Shown here in pieces: positions 1-15,494 of a stretch of 64,000 nt of DNA. The notes beneath the pieces are model-generated. The model made no database searches. It worked only from the letters and a program-made list of their open reading frames with translations, and was not told where the DNA came from. The first letter of the stretch is position 1, and every line of letters begins with the position of its first letter. The stretch is taken from assembly GCF_009914755.1 (NCBI RefSeq), contig NC_060925.1; one strand, given 5' to 3'. This stretch comes from the human T2T-CHM13v2.0 reference genome, Homo sapiens. The position numbers and the translations under genes were made by a program.

Positions 1-1699
1 ACACAGGCTAGGGGTAGGGCAGTTGGAATTGATCCATGCCTTCTAGCTAGACTGTGGGTCCCCTCAGTCTTGGGCATGGTGACAGCCCAGCATCAGACAG
101 AGGTCAGTATCAAACTAGAAAATTTAATAAATGCTGTCAGATTTGTAGACCCAAGAAAATATAAACTGCCAATCACGGAGGAAAAAAATCTCTCAATGAT
201 CTTATCTTTATATGATTCCCTTGCTGCCTGGAGATTGACATTTCCTTGGGGATAATCTGGTCATAGGATTGGTGAAGGTGGAAGGGAGGCAACCTCCGAA
301 GGTGGGGCCCTCTGCTCACCTGGGACAGGGAGGGCCTGAGGTAGGTGTCTGTGTGGGCTGGGGAGGAGGATGGGAGCAGTGCTTCTAGATGTTTCCACTT
401 TCTCCTCATTAGATAATAATGAATGGGTGATTTCCCTAGTCACTGCAGTGTGAGGAAATCTACAAAATTAATTTCACAATACACTTTACAGGATAGGTGG
501 AGAAACACATGAAGCACAACTGCAGTGGGTTATAAAAAATGGCCTTTCGAGTTGAGCAGTAAATTCGTTCAAGCAGCCATTCTGAAGGACAAACTGGCTC
601 TGTATTTAAGAGGGGCATTCCAGCACTTCTCTAGCTACTGGGTTGACAATGACTCACCAAAGCCTCTGGTAGCCACCACAGGACGCCCAGAGCACGTTTT
701 AAAGCTGAACACCAAACTGCGGACTTCGGGAGTAAGTGAACTGACTGGTTTTTATTTTGTTTTACTGCTTTTAACATTACAGTGACTGTTACAGGTTCCA
801 GCAGGATAACTGGGTGGAAATGAGTTTGGTTTCACTTAGTCTCTCTAAAGAGAAAGCAAGTTGGTAGACTAATACCTAATAAAAGCAAAGCTGCCAACAA
901 TTGAAATTGCCTGGGCTGCTCTGTGTGTCCCACATGCATGGGTGTGGGTGCCAGTGTGTGTGCGTGTGTGCATGCATGTGCATGTGTGTTGGGATAGAGT
1001 GGCAAGAAAATGGGAAATAAGAATGTTCAGTCCATAGCCCTTCATTATAAAAAGGTGAGCTGTAATAAATACTAGTGCCACATTTAGCCAAAACTTTACT
1101 CCAGCCAAAGGTGATATTTTCATGATAACATCCTGTGATTGCTTTGTTCTTCGTCTTTTATGTTCTTCCTAGATGGGCTCAGAACATACAAGAATTAAGT
1201 ACACATCTTATTTTCCAGTGATAATGCTACCGGCAAATTCTGTTGTTTGTATAAACATCAGCCATGTTTATATAACTAAACTAGTGTTTTGTTTTGTCAA
1301 TTCAGCAAGAAATTAGACCACATGGTGGCTTAATGCTGCATTGATTTGGCTATCAATTTGTTTTCACTTTTCTGCAAAATATTTAATACATTATTAAATT
1401 GAATTATGCTGATGCCACAGTTGTTCTTATCTCAATTGTCTTAAAATTCATTTAATTTTTTTTTCCTTTGGTTTCATTATTCAAATTTTAACTTCAGTTC
1501 TCAACATTTTATCTGATGGAAGAGATGGAGTCCATTACTAAGGACTCCATTGTGCTCCATCATGCCAGAGTTGTAAAATAGATCTTTTAAAGGAAATTTA
1601 CTGTGATTTTTTTCTATTTAAGAGCTTCCTCTCCAGTTGAGCATGTAAGAAAATTATACCAGGAGAATACAGTAAACTCTATGAGGCAAGCTATAAACA

Positions 1700-2005
1700 T
1701 GTAGCATTGTGATTAGGGCTGGTTCTCCTTCTAGAGACATGGTAGGATTGCAATTTCATACCATCCTTGAAGTTAGAGAGAGCCACGTGACTCATTTAGC
1801 CAATGAACTGTGAGCAGAATGACATGTCACTTCCAGCAGAAGCTTTAAGAATCTGAGAGACATTCATACGTTTTCCATGTGCTGTAGCCTTATACCCAAA
1901 GCCTGGGTCCCAAGTGACCATGACAGGCAGAGCTCCCTGTTGAGCCACAGAGATTTAGAGAATGGCTGTTAACACAGCATAATCCAGCCCATCCTGACTA
2001 ATCTG
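1700..2005 (+). mobile_element. MaLR LTR, MLT1J-like (degenerate)
   Basis: Ends in ...gagccacagagattt...cagcataatccagcccatcctgactaat, matching the recalled MLT1J 3' end; internal agccaatgaactgtgagcagaa...gtcacttcc motif. Left boundary approximate. Confidence 0.6.
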
Positions 2006-2866
2006 ATATTAACATGTATAATAAAGAATTCTATCAATGCTGAGGGAAGATGATTAGTTAAGGTCCTAGGTTGCAAGTCTCAAAACCTCTTCTAAGGATT
2101 GTAGACAGGAAATTAAATGACTTCTAGTCCCTAGAGTTCCCAATCTCCTACCATCCCATCCTAATATGACAGAAGTAATTCCTGAGTTGCTTCTGAAACC
2201 AGAGCTTCCCTCAGAACCCTTAGCCTGCCAGATGGCTTCTTGGAGAGCCCTCACTCACTTTTCTCCTTCTGCTATTGCTGCTCATTCATTCCAGCTTTTA
2301 AAAATTCATCTTTATCCAGGAACCTCGCTTCTAGAAAAGTCATACAGGTGCTTCCAGGAGGCTACATGGGCACCCATATTTTTCTAGCCACTTTCATTAG
2401 ACCAATGCAGCAGAGAAGAAAAGCCTCAATAATTATTATGACATGGCATGTTAGGATACCAAGTAAATTGCATTTGTAAAATGTGATTTTCTGTTGGTGT
2501 TCACTTCGGCTCTACTGACATTTGGTAAGTATTATTGACTGACTGACTAACTAATGTGGTCATTAGTCTTCATAAAGAAAGGCTCTCTACAAAAACGGAG
2601 GGATGCCCTTTTTCTGGCATTTAATACGTAAGAAATTGCCTCCAATAGAAACCAGAGTTGCCTGATTACTATCAGCACAGGAGAAATGTATTAATGTGCC
2701 TTTCTAGTAACAGGTTTTTAGAAAGTCAAATATAAACAAATCTGTCTATTTGTGTGTGTGCATGTGGTAGTGGGGAGGGAAGAAAAAAGGAGGGGGAGAG
2801 AAAGAGAAATAAGAACCAAGTTTATTATACTGTATTCAGGGGGAAAACATTTTCCCAAGGTTCTAA

Positions 2867-3276
<410 letters not shown>

Positions 3277-4479
3277 AGGATTGCTTTTATAGCCAGTCTT
3301 CAGGTGCCCACTGTAGGAACAATGTCATTTAGCCCTCGGGATTATTCTGTGCCAAATATGGATAATGACTAATATTCAACACAGATATTCTCAGCTCAGA
3401 AGAGCAATTAGCAAATTCATAAATTAAGTGCTTGCTTCCTTTTTAGTCAAATACAAACATTTGTTAAAAGATATTATTTTGCTTTACACTTTTTCTCTCA
3501 GAAATAAACAGATGCTTGAATTCCCACAGTGCTGCTTGAGCCTCACACCATGTCATCCTGCCAGGCACCCAGATCCAGTTCTAGAGTTTCACATGATCAT
3601 GAGTGTTGGTTAATAAGTCACTGTGAACTGGGAGGGGAGATTTTTCAGGAGTGCCACAGGGCTCTCCCTTTAATCACATACACTCCCTGCTTTCATTGGA
3701 AAGTGTATAATGATGTCAGAGTGCCCCAGAATGGAGCTAGTTGGAAGACTGCCGTCATAGGGATGCCTTAGTGAATTAATCAGGTTTTAATTTCTGGCTC
3801 TCAACTTTGTAGATGTAAAAGTTGATTTATCAATATGTGAGAAAGGATGAATCTTTCTGAAGGTTATGTCATCACACTCACTAAGCACACAGAGAATAAT
3901 GTCTAGAATCTGAGTGCCATGTTATCAAATTATACTGAGACTCTTGCAGTCACACGGGCTGACATGTAAGCATCGCCTGCCTAGTACAGACTCTCCCTGC
4001 AGATGAAATTATATGGGATGCTAAATTATAATCAGAACAATGTTTGGTGAGCCAAAACTACAACAAGGGAAGCTAATTGGATGAATTTATAAAAATATAC
4101 CTCAGCCAAAATAGCTTAATTCAGTCTCCCTTATCATAAGGATACTCTTGCCTAAAGGGACAGTAATATTAAAGACACTAGGAATAACCTCTGTACTTTG
4201 GACAGTAGACCTGCATAGCCCATTAGGCCTCAATGAAGTCTTATGCAAGACCAGAAGCCAATTTGCCATTTTAAGGTGATTCTCCATGTTTCTGCTCTAA
4301 CTGTGCTTCACAATACTCAAGACACTGAATCAGGATGTTTCCTGGAGTGCAGGGAGCTGTCCTTGTTACTGAGCAGTTCTCAGCAACACAAAGATCCTAC
4401 TGACTCCTCATCAGACTTCTTTCTCACTGGAATTTTACACCTGGGCTGTTAACACCAGGCCAGGTCAAATTCAAAGGAG

Positions 4480-4937
4480 AGAAAAAAGCTCATTATGAAG
4501 GGTAAAATCCAAAACACTGTGCATAAAGATATGTGTGCACAATTTTTATACATAAAGATTTCATAAAGCCAAAGCATCAGGAAATGAAAAGAGATACAGA
4601 AAGAAAAATGATGGTAAATGAGACATTAATTTACCCTTCTAATCTCTATCACAGCAAAAAGGTAATTAAAAAATCTATATGAGGACCAAAAAATACACAA
4701 AGATTATGTAGCAAAGCCTATAGCCTGAAAAAGTAAACATTGAAATTTGTATGTCCATAAAATGTTTACAAAATTCAGTACATATTACACACCCCACCCT
4801 AAAAACATCTAAGCAAAGTAGAGAATGTAGAAATGCTACAGATTATATTCTCTGATTATGACACAACAAAACTAGAAATTACAGCATGGAAATTTAAAAG
4901 CTTTCTCTTAAATAATTCTATGTCAAAAAGAAATCCA
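4480..4937 (+). mobile_element. Old L1M ORF2 (endonuclease-region) fragment, continuing in pieces between the next three Alus
   Basis: A-rich sequence with degenerate L1 motif attctctgattatgacacaacaaaactagaaatt; boundaries approximate. Confidence 0.5.
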
Positions 4938-5233
<296 letters not shown>

Positions 5234-5294
5234 GAAATCCAAATAAAATTTCCAGAATATGTGGAAAATAGTGACAATAAAAATATTACACATG

Positions 5295-5576
5295 TGTAAT
5301 CCCAGCATTTTGAGATGCCAAGGTGGCAGGATCACTTGAGACCAGGAGTTTGCAACCAGCCTGGACAACATAGGGAGACTCCATCTCCACACACGCCAAA
5401 AAAAAATTTTAAATAGCCAGGTATAGTGGTACTTCTTGTAATCCCATCTACTTGGGAGGCTAAGGTGGGAGAATCACCCAACCTCAGGAGTTCAGGGCTT
5501 CAGCAAGCCATGATCATATCACTGCACTCCAGCCTCAGCAACAGAGCAAGATCCTATCTCAAAAAAAAAAAAAAAA
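5295..5576 (+). mobile_element. Alu (AluJ-like), slightly 5'-truncated
   Basis: Diverged dimer starting tgtaatcccagc, J-type right arm, poly-A tail. Confidence 0.9.
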
Positions 5577-5707
5577 TCACATGTGGGAAATAGCTATAGC
5601 ACAATAAAAATAAATGTATTAAGTATGAACAACAAAAAAGCTAGTAAAGGTTGAACAACAACTATCCTTAGGAAAGTGGAAATAATGTGTTAATAAATAT
5701 GAAAGCA

Positions 5708-6049
<342 letters not shown>

Positions 6050-6526
6050 TTATAAATCAAAGCACTATGCCTTGAAAAGAGGGAGAAAAATTGTGAATTA
6101 AGGAAGGGAAGAGATGGTTGGAGAGGAGGTGGGAGAAGGCAGAGATAATTGAAGGAGCAAAAGCATCTGGAGAAGCAAAGCCACTGAAAGATGAACAGGG
6201 CTCTGAAAGAAATGCTTGATTGCTATCTTTTCAAATGACTGCAGTTCCCAGTGACATCATTTTTCTCCTCCCTGGAAGTCTGAGGGGCAGTTCACTTATC
6301 TCCTCCCCTCCCCTACTCCTCACCCCACACTCAAAACCTGTCTATGCTCCTTTCATTCTCATATGACAGATTTCAGATGGCATTCTTATTTCCCTGATTT
6401 CTTTTTGAGATAGCTTGCATTTCCCTACTCTATATAAAGCCACCGTTTATCAAATGCCTACATGGACCAAGCAGTCCACAAGGGCTTCACAGACAGTTTT
6501 ACTAAACTCATGCCAAAACTTTCAGG

Positions 6527-6700
6527 TTTTATAGATAAAGATCTATACCTTATAGATAAAGGTATCTATAAGGTATAGATAAAGGTAAGGTATCTATACC
6601 TTATAGATAAAGAAATTGAAGCTTATAGAGTTTAAGTAATGTTCCCAAAGCCTCGTGGCTAGTAATTCAAACCTAATTTCTGCCTACTCCAAAGTCTATT
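6527..6700 (-). mobile_element. MIR fragment containing an inverted-repeat insertion
   Basis: ttatagataaagaaattgaagcttatagagtttaagtaatgttcccaaag...gctagtaa matches the reverse MIR core. Confidence 0.65.
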
Positions 6701-6922
6701 TTTCCTCATGATACTATACTGCCTCTCCATGGATAAAGACAGAGATCACATATTAATAAAATTTGCACAAAGTCGGCAAATTGTTGAAAGGGAAGGCTAA
6801 GATGACTAATAAAATCAAGAGCCAGATGATCTCAACAACCTGAAATAACTGGCTGACAACCAATTTGAATAACTCCCTGCGGGTGAAGTTCAAAGTACTA
6901 TTTGGGGTTTTTTTTTAAGTTT

Positions 6923-7291
<369 letters not shown>

Positions 7292-7563
7292 TCAGCATTT
7301 TAGTGATCTGTATGGTCCCTCTATCCGTCAGGGTCCTAGCAGGAAATTGTTGCACTCTCAAAGGATTAAGCAGAAAGAGTTTAATGAAGGGTCTCTTTCC
7401 AGGGTTAAGGGAACTGCTAGGGTTTGGATATTTGACCACTCCAAACTCATGTTGAAATGTGATCCCCATTGTTGGAGGTGGGACCTAATGGGAGGTGTTT
7501 TGGTCCTGAGTGTGGACCTCTCACGAATGTCTTGGTGCCATCCAAGTGAGTTCTTGCTCGCTC

Positions 7564-7897
<334 letters not shown>

Positions 7898-8105
7898 TAA
7901 CAAGAGCCTGGTACAAACCCCTCTCTCTTGCCACATGATCTCTGCACATGCCAGCTTCCCTTCCCCTTCTGCCATGAGTGGAAACAGACTAAAGCCCTCA
8001 CCAGAAGCAAATGGTGGCACCATGCTTCTTGCACACCTTCAGAACTGTGAACCAAATAAACCTCTCTTCTTTAAAATTATTCAGCCTCTGGTATTCCTTT
8101 ATAAC

Positions 8106-8106
<1 letters not shown>

Positions 8107-8140
<34 letters not shown>
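8107..8140. repeat. (AC)17 microsatellite
   Basis: Perfect dinucleotide run. Confidence 0.97.
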
Positions 8141-8143
<3 letters not shown>

Positions 8144-8983
8144 AAAGCAGACTAAAACAGGAACTAATTAGAAATGGTGATGCACCGAGGGATTGGCACC
8201 GAGGCTCCCCAACAGGAACTGAGGCCATGGATAGAAGGACACATTCATGTTATTTTTTTCTAATGGTTAAGTAATTATTTGCTCTTACTCTCAAAATTTC
8301 TGCCAAGGCCTCCCATGGACCAAACTCAACTAGAATCTAGGAAGCAGAGAACCTGAGTGTTGCATTCAGCAGAAGTCAGCTTCCTAGGGAATCTTGCAGG
8401 AAGGGTGAAGGTAGAGAATCTGGTGGGGAAGCAAGCAAATGCCCATCACATGCACTTTCCTCCAACAGAGCGACTCAGATGCTATAAAACTTGCTAACGC
8501 AGTCTCAGGGTCTGATCACAGTAACATACAATCCAGGTTTTAATCATCAGAAATCGCAGTCCTATTGTCTTCTGCACAGACCCAAACACACTTGGAGGTC
8601 ATGTTCAATATGAATACCTCACAGAGAAGGAAATTTACACACGAGAAGTACATCTGCAGAAAGCCAGCTGGCATGTCAACCATTCGAAAACTCAGGGTGT
8701 TCGGGATAAAGAAGACTCAGGAAGACAAGTATGAAGCATAATCTGTGACATTATTGATATCTTCCTGATATCAATATTATTGATATCTTCCTGAAGAACA
8801 TAATTCCTGCCTACCATCAACAAGCATCAATACTTTCTACCAGCTATTCTCAACCCTCATCATCGGAAGAGACAGACACTGACTGTGTCAAAGTATTAGT
8901 CCCATCATTCAGCAATTAACTTTAGCTCAATGCTTCAAAAATTCTTCAGGCCCTGTGTAATTTCAGCTATGTACATTAATGAT

Positions 8984-9237
8984 GAGTACCCATACAACCA
9001 TTCTGTTTCTTATTTTCAGTACCATATTTAATAAATATCAGTTATTCAATACTTTATTTAGACATTTTGTTAGATTATTTTGACCAATGAAGTCTAATCT
9101 AAATGTTCTGAGCATGTTCAAAGTAAGCTAGGCTAACCTATAATTTTTGGTGTGCTAAATGCATTTTTAACTTATGATATTTTCAGTTTACGGGGGTTTG
9201 TTGGGACATAACTTCATCATACATCAAGGAGCATCTG
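8984..9237 (-). mobile_element. Tigger-family DNA transposon remnant (MER47A-like)
   Basis: Ends ...aaggagcatctg followed by TA (TIR plus TA target); internal gtaagctaggctaa and aaatgcattttt motifs match the recalled consensus. Confidence 0.7.
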
Positions 9238-9239
9238 TA

Positions 9240-11421
9240 TATGGGATATAGTTAAAGCAGTGATCAGAGGAAAATCTATAGCCTTAACACATTTATTAAT
9301 AAAAGTGTAGGAATTAAATTATCAGCTGAAAAATGTAAAAAGTATCTAAAAGAGTAAGCAGAAAGTACAAGAAAGAACCCATAGTAGAAAAAAGTGAAAA
9401 TTAATAAAATAAGAAGCCAAAAAACAGATCAAATCAGTAAACCAAAAATCTTGTTCTTTAAACAAATCAACAAAGTTGACAAAAAATTAGATCTTTTAAT
9501 CATGAATAAAAAAAGAGAAAGCACAAAAATGAATAAGGAATGGTGAGAGAAATAACTATTGATAATCAGCAAATAAAAAATCATTAAAAACAATGTTGTT
9601 CACATCTATGAAAAACATTGAAAGCTAGAGGGAATGGGTAATTTTCCAGAAAAATACAATTCACCACAATTGACTTCAAAAAAAAAAAAAAAAGAAGTAC
9701 AGCACTTATGTGAGCAATTTCCATAGAGAAATACAGTTGTCATGGAATTATAACACACACACAAACACTAGGTTTAGATGTTTTCACAGAGAATTCCACC
9801 AAACCTTTAGAAATCAGATCGTCCAAAGGCAAATTAACAACCCTCAGCCATTTGAGGCAAAATATTACAACTGAGGCAAGATATACTGTACTGAAAACTT
9901 GAGGAAAAAGCAGGAGAGAAAGTTCCTTTGGGAAATTCGAATACTCAAAAGTGCTTACATACAATGAAAAATTTGGAAATCCATAAGCATGGCCAAGGTG
10001 GGACACATGCTCAGAAAAGGCCTGAGAAGACACTAATAACTCACCTTTAGTAATTCCTAGGCTCACAGCAAGAAAAAATGAAGGCTAAGGCAGAATTATA
10101 TATGGCTCCACTAAGTGTTGAGGGAGCCCCAATACAGAGTCAGTAAGCAAAGTCTGGGAGATGTTTTTCATATTTTTTTCTTTTTTGGCTCCTTGCAGTC
10201 AAGGAAATCATTTTTAAATCACTAAATGCTAAATGAACACAAGCTAAAGGAACCGAGCCGCCTTCAAACATCAAACATAAAAAAGAATGCAGATATTACA
10301 AAACCAGTTTACAAAAGTTACTAAACAAATAAAAACTACATCCCACAGTGGGTAACAAAAATAACCTTGAAGAAGGGAAAAATTTGGTTTCCAGAATAAA
10401 CACATTATAATATCCAAAATGTCCAGTTTTCAACAAAAATTAAGAAGCATGCAAATAAACACAAAACTATGGCCCATTTACAGAAGAAATAAATGAGACT
10501 CTCCCTGAGTAAGCAGATATTGGAAATATTAGACAAAAACTTTATATAACTGTCTTAAATAAACTTAAAGAGCTAAAGAAACCCAAGAGAATGACATATA
10601 AATAAATAAGAAATATGAATTTTTTAAAAGGTACAAAAAAATTCTGAGGCTGAAAAGTACAATAACTAATTAAAAAGTTACTTTTTACTTAGGGTTCCAA
10701 TAGAAGATTTGAGCAGCTGGAAAAAAGAATCAGTGAACTTGATAGATCAAGTGAAATGATTCAGTCTGAAGAGCAGGAAAATGAAAGAATGACAACAAAA
10801 AAGAATAGAGCCTAAAGACCTGTGTAACAACATCAAGAATGCCTACATACAGAATCCTGGTGGGGAGTGAGGGGCAGGAAGACTATTTGAAGAAATGTGT
10901 TTGAAAGCTTCCCAAATTTCACTAAAAACAAATATATACATTCAAAAAGCTCAGTGCACTTCATCAAGGAAATATACAAAGATATTCACACCAAGACACA
11001 CTATGTTTCAAATTGTCAAAAGGCAAAGCGAATGTTTGAAAGCAGCAAGAGAAAGGCAACGCGTCATTTACAAAGGATCCTCAATAAGTTTGACAGCAGA
11101 TAGTGCATTATAATCCATGGATGCCAGAAGAGCTTAGGAAAAAGGCAATGCATCATTTACAAAGGATTCTCAGTAAGTTTGACAGCAGAGAGCTCATTAT
11201 AAACCATGGGTGCCAGAAGAGCTTAGAATGATATTTTAAAGTTCTGAAAGAAAAAAACACTGTCAACCAAAAATTCTGTAACTTGGAAGATGCCCCTTCA
11301 AGTATTAAGGATAAATTACACATTCCCAGATTAAAAAAAAAAGAGAGAGAGAAAGAGAAAGAAAGAAAGAAGAGAGAGAAAGAAAGGGAGAGAAAGAAAA
11401 AGAAAGAAAGAAAGAAAGAAA

Positions 11422-11465
<44 letters not shown>

Positions 11466-13445
11466 GAAAGAAAGAAAGAAAAAGAAAGAAAAGAAAGAAA
11501 GAAAAGCAAGCAAGCTTTAAAAGTTCATGTTTGGTAGGCTGTACTTCAAGATACACTTTTAAAAAAAAAGACTCCTTCAGATACAAACTAAAAAACACTA
11601 GAAAGTAACTCAAAACCACATAAAGAAATAACTCCAGTAAAGATAACTACATAGGTAAATATAAAAGCAATTATCATATTTTTTGTAAGTCTTTTTAAAT
11701 ATTCTATATGTTTTAAAACAAATGTGTAAAATAATGACTATAAATCTATGTTAATGAAGCATGATGTATAAAGATGTGGTTTGTGAAATTACCAACATAA
11801 AGAAATTCATAGGAAACTAAATAATAATAGAGATTTTGTATACTACTGAAGTTGTTTCAATTTACTCTAAATTGTTCCAAATTAAGAATGTTAATTGTAA
11901 ATCCCCATGGTAACCACTAAGTTAATATCTTTTGAAAATACAGAAAAGGAAAGCAGAGGGTAAACACAGTGATATGCTACAAAATAGCAACTAAACACAA
12001 AAGAAGGCGATAATTGAGGAAATTAGGAACAAAGGAGGTATAAGACATACAGAAAACAAAAGCAAAATGGTAGGAGTAAGCCCCTCTTTATCAGTAATTA
12101 CATTAAATACAAATGAATTAAACTCTCCAATCCAAAGAAAGAGATTGACAGAATGGATTTTTAAAAAATGATCCAACTATATTGTCCACAAGATACTCAC
12201 TTTAGATCAAAATACAAAATGAGTTGAAATGAAAGGATGGGAGAAAATATTCCATGTAAGTAATAACCAAAGGAGATCTGAGGCAAATATACTTATATCA
12301 GACAAAATAGACTTTAAGTCAAAAACTGTTACAAAATACAAAGAACAGTATATATTGATTTCAAAATTAAACAAGAAGATATAACAATTATAAATATATG
12401 TACACCAACTAACAGGGCTCCAAAATATATAATGTAACCATTGAGAGAATTAAAGGGAGAGACAGACAATTCCACGAAAATTGTTGGGCATTTTAAAACC
12501 CAACTTTAATAAAGGACAAAACATCCAGAGCAAATATCAAGGGAGGAATTAGAGGATTTGAATAAAACTATAAGCAATAACTATAGATAACACTTCTCTC
12601 AAAAACTGCAGAATACACATTCTTCTCAAGTGAACATGGAACATTCTCCAGCACAGATGATATGTTAGGCCATAAGATAAGCTCAATAAACTTAAAAAGA
12701 TTGAAATCATGCAAAGTATCTTCACTGACCACAATGGAATGAAATAAGATATCAATAACAAAAGAAAAACTAGAAAATTTACAAATATTTGGAAATTAAA
12801 CAACACAGTATTTACCAACCAATGAATCAAAGAACAAATCATGAGGGAAATTAGAAAATGTTTAGAGACGATTGAAAACAAAGATATAACAAGATGGGTG
12901 TGATATATCAAAAGCAGTGCTCAGAGTTGTAACACCTACATTTTAAAAAAGAAACATGTCAAATCAATAACCAAACTTTACTCAATAAACCATAAAAGGA
13001 AGAGCAAACAAAATCCAGAGCTAGCAGAAGGAAGGAAATAAAGATTAGAGCAGAGATAAATGAAATTGAGAATTAAAAAATTATAGAGATCAACAAAACT
13101 AAAAGTTGGTTCTTTTAAAATATCAATAAAATTAATATACTTTTACATAGACTAAGCAAAACATCTCTATTCAGCTGACTTTTTTTTACAAGGGAGCCAA
13201 CATTATTCAGTGGGGAATAATAGCTTTTTCAACAAAAAGTGCTGGGAATACTGAATATTCATATGCAAAAAAAATGAAGCTGGACCCCTACCTCACATTA
13301 TATACAAAATCTAGATTGGATCAATAATGTAAATATACGAGTGAAAACCATACATGCTTAGAAGAAAACATGGAAATAAAACATTGCTGTGGATTGGCAA
13401 TGCATTCTTAGATAATACACCAAAAATACAAGCATGAAACAAACA
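9240..13445 (+). mobile_element. Old L1M fragments (ORF2 piece, then 5'/ORF1/ORF2 region with internal deletions)
   Basis: Degenerate L1 motifs, e.g. gacaaaatagactttaag and gaatacacattcttctcaagtgaacatggaacattctcc; many stops. Probably more than one element. Confidence 0.75.
11333..11506. repeat. (AAAG)n/(AG)n polypurine microsatellite
   Basis: About 174 bp with only A and G on the + strand. Confidence 0.97.
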
Positions 13446-15430
13446 AATGTAGCCAAAATGTACCAGAATCTGAAAACATGTATTATCTATAAAGAATTAG
13501 AGGGGAATTTGGTGAAAGAAATATGGGAGAATGGGATATTGCTCTGTGAATGCTTTTGTGCATAATTGTACATTTTTAATTAAGTTAATCTTTTACACTC
13601 TCAAAGTGTGATATTAAGCAAGCAAAGATAAGTTATTACAAGACTCTAAAACCGAATGCAATGAGAAACAAGTGAATCCAAATATATTTCAAATGAATGA
13701 ATGACATAATCAAACTTAAGGGGAAAATAATAATTAATCTGATTAATTTTTGACTGTTCTCTTATTTCAAATTGACTTTTGAACATACTTTGACTACATA
13801 CTATTGCTTGAAAAAATAAAATATCTGCAAAAAATTATTAAATCTTCATGATAGGATTTTTTCTTTTTATATTAGTATAAATATAACAATTCTGAAACAA
13901 ATGTATGTGCATTGTAAGATTAAGCCAATGAGTAAATATTAATATATTTGTATTGCTAGAACCCCAGATTCTCACTGTGAAAGGACAGAGATACAGATAT
14001 GGAATAAGACAAGGAAAGAAGCAGCCCACTGAGTTACATTAGAATCAGTATTATCAACATAAATATACAATGTGCTCTCTCACATGCTCTTTCCTTCTCT
14101 TAAAAAATATATAATATGTACATATTATATATTATATGCATAGACACACGTGTGTCTATACATATCCTACATGTACATATTGAGGATTAACAGGTGCTAG
14201 TAGAAAATATTAACTTTCTTTGTATTAACAGGTGTTAGTAGAAAGTAGTAGTAGGTGCTAAGATAAAAGCCATAATTAAACCTCCTGGTGAATGAACACA
14301 CCATCACCTACAATCTTACCAAAAATAGAACCAAGCACGTGTCCTAGTCAAACCTCTGGATTCAACTGTCATTTGGATAAAACGCAAAGGATAGTGAAAA
14401 TGTCGATCTTCACTGAGAGTCTAACCAGCAAAATTCACAGTGTGGACACCAAGTGACAAAAATCCCAAATTTTTCAACAAATATATTGTATGGGAAAGAA
14501 AACTTTGAAAAGAAACCTGTATGTTAGAAGGGATTTTAAAAACACGACAAATGAAAACAAATGGGCAAGACTAAATCATAGTGTCTTGGAATGCATGCAT
14601 GAAGGACACAGCCGTGAAAATGCAAGGACGCCTCTACTGGAACAGTCACGTTTATCGTCACTTTTCAGGAGAAAGGTGGCTGCAACTGAGGAGAGTCACA
14701 TGCTTCAGGGCTGGCAAAGTCCTATATCTTGACTTATGTGATGATTACAGGGATGTTTACAAAAATCAAACTATAAGTTTGTTTTGTGCCATGTTTTGTA
14801 TTGTGTGTGTGTGTGTTTTGTTTTTCAACTTAAAAATAAATAAAATCAAAACCAAGGCTTCATTATCAAGTAGCACAAAGTCTCCAATCTATAACCTCCT
14901 TTGTCTGGATATCTGCATTTAACTACCATTGCCAGAGCTAATCCTGACAATGCATTCATATTTTTAACACTGAAACACAGTAAACAGGGAAAATTTTGCT
15001 CCTCTAAAACAGGGCATCTTCAGGCAATCAGAACAACTCAGAAAGTTTCTGTCTGTTGCATAAAACTCCCCTGTGCAAAGAGTTACACAAAATGCTGTCA
15101 TAGTAAAGGTAGTTAACTAACGGCACTAATTGTTCTTGGGCAGTGGCCAAGTGGAACTTCAGAGACCTGGCATTGCCAGCCAGAAATCACTTGTCATGGG
15201 AATTGTCTCCTGGAATCACTTTGGTTGTCCCAGGGTAACGCAGGGAAAGTGGTTAATGGGTCACTTGGGGGTGGCATCTTCATCAGTAAATCACATTTAC
15301 TTTCTCCTACTAAGAATTTTATTTTTGGCCATGAAGCCAAAAGTCAGCTCTTAAATAACAAGGGAAGCAAATAATCATTGAATAAAAATAGCAGAAAGAA
15401 AAAGCTGTGCAAAGAAATTTATGTTTTTAA

Positions 15431-15494
15431 TTTGTTATATATGTATATTTTTATCATACTTTAAGTTCTAGGGTACATGTGCACAATGTGCAGG
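15431..15494 (-). mobile_element. Ultra-short L1PA 3'-end insertion
   Basis: tactttaagttctagggtacatgtgcacaatgtgcagg is the reverse L1PA terminus; 16-bp TSD aaatttatgtttttaa at 15415-15430 and 15499-15514. Confidence 0.85.

Noticed and set aside
11153-11619. F/L/S-rich and K/E/R-rich ORFs
   Set aside because: Translations of the AAAG microsatellite.
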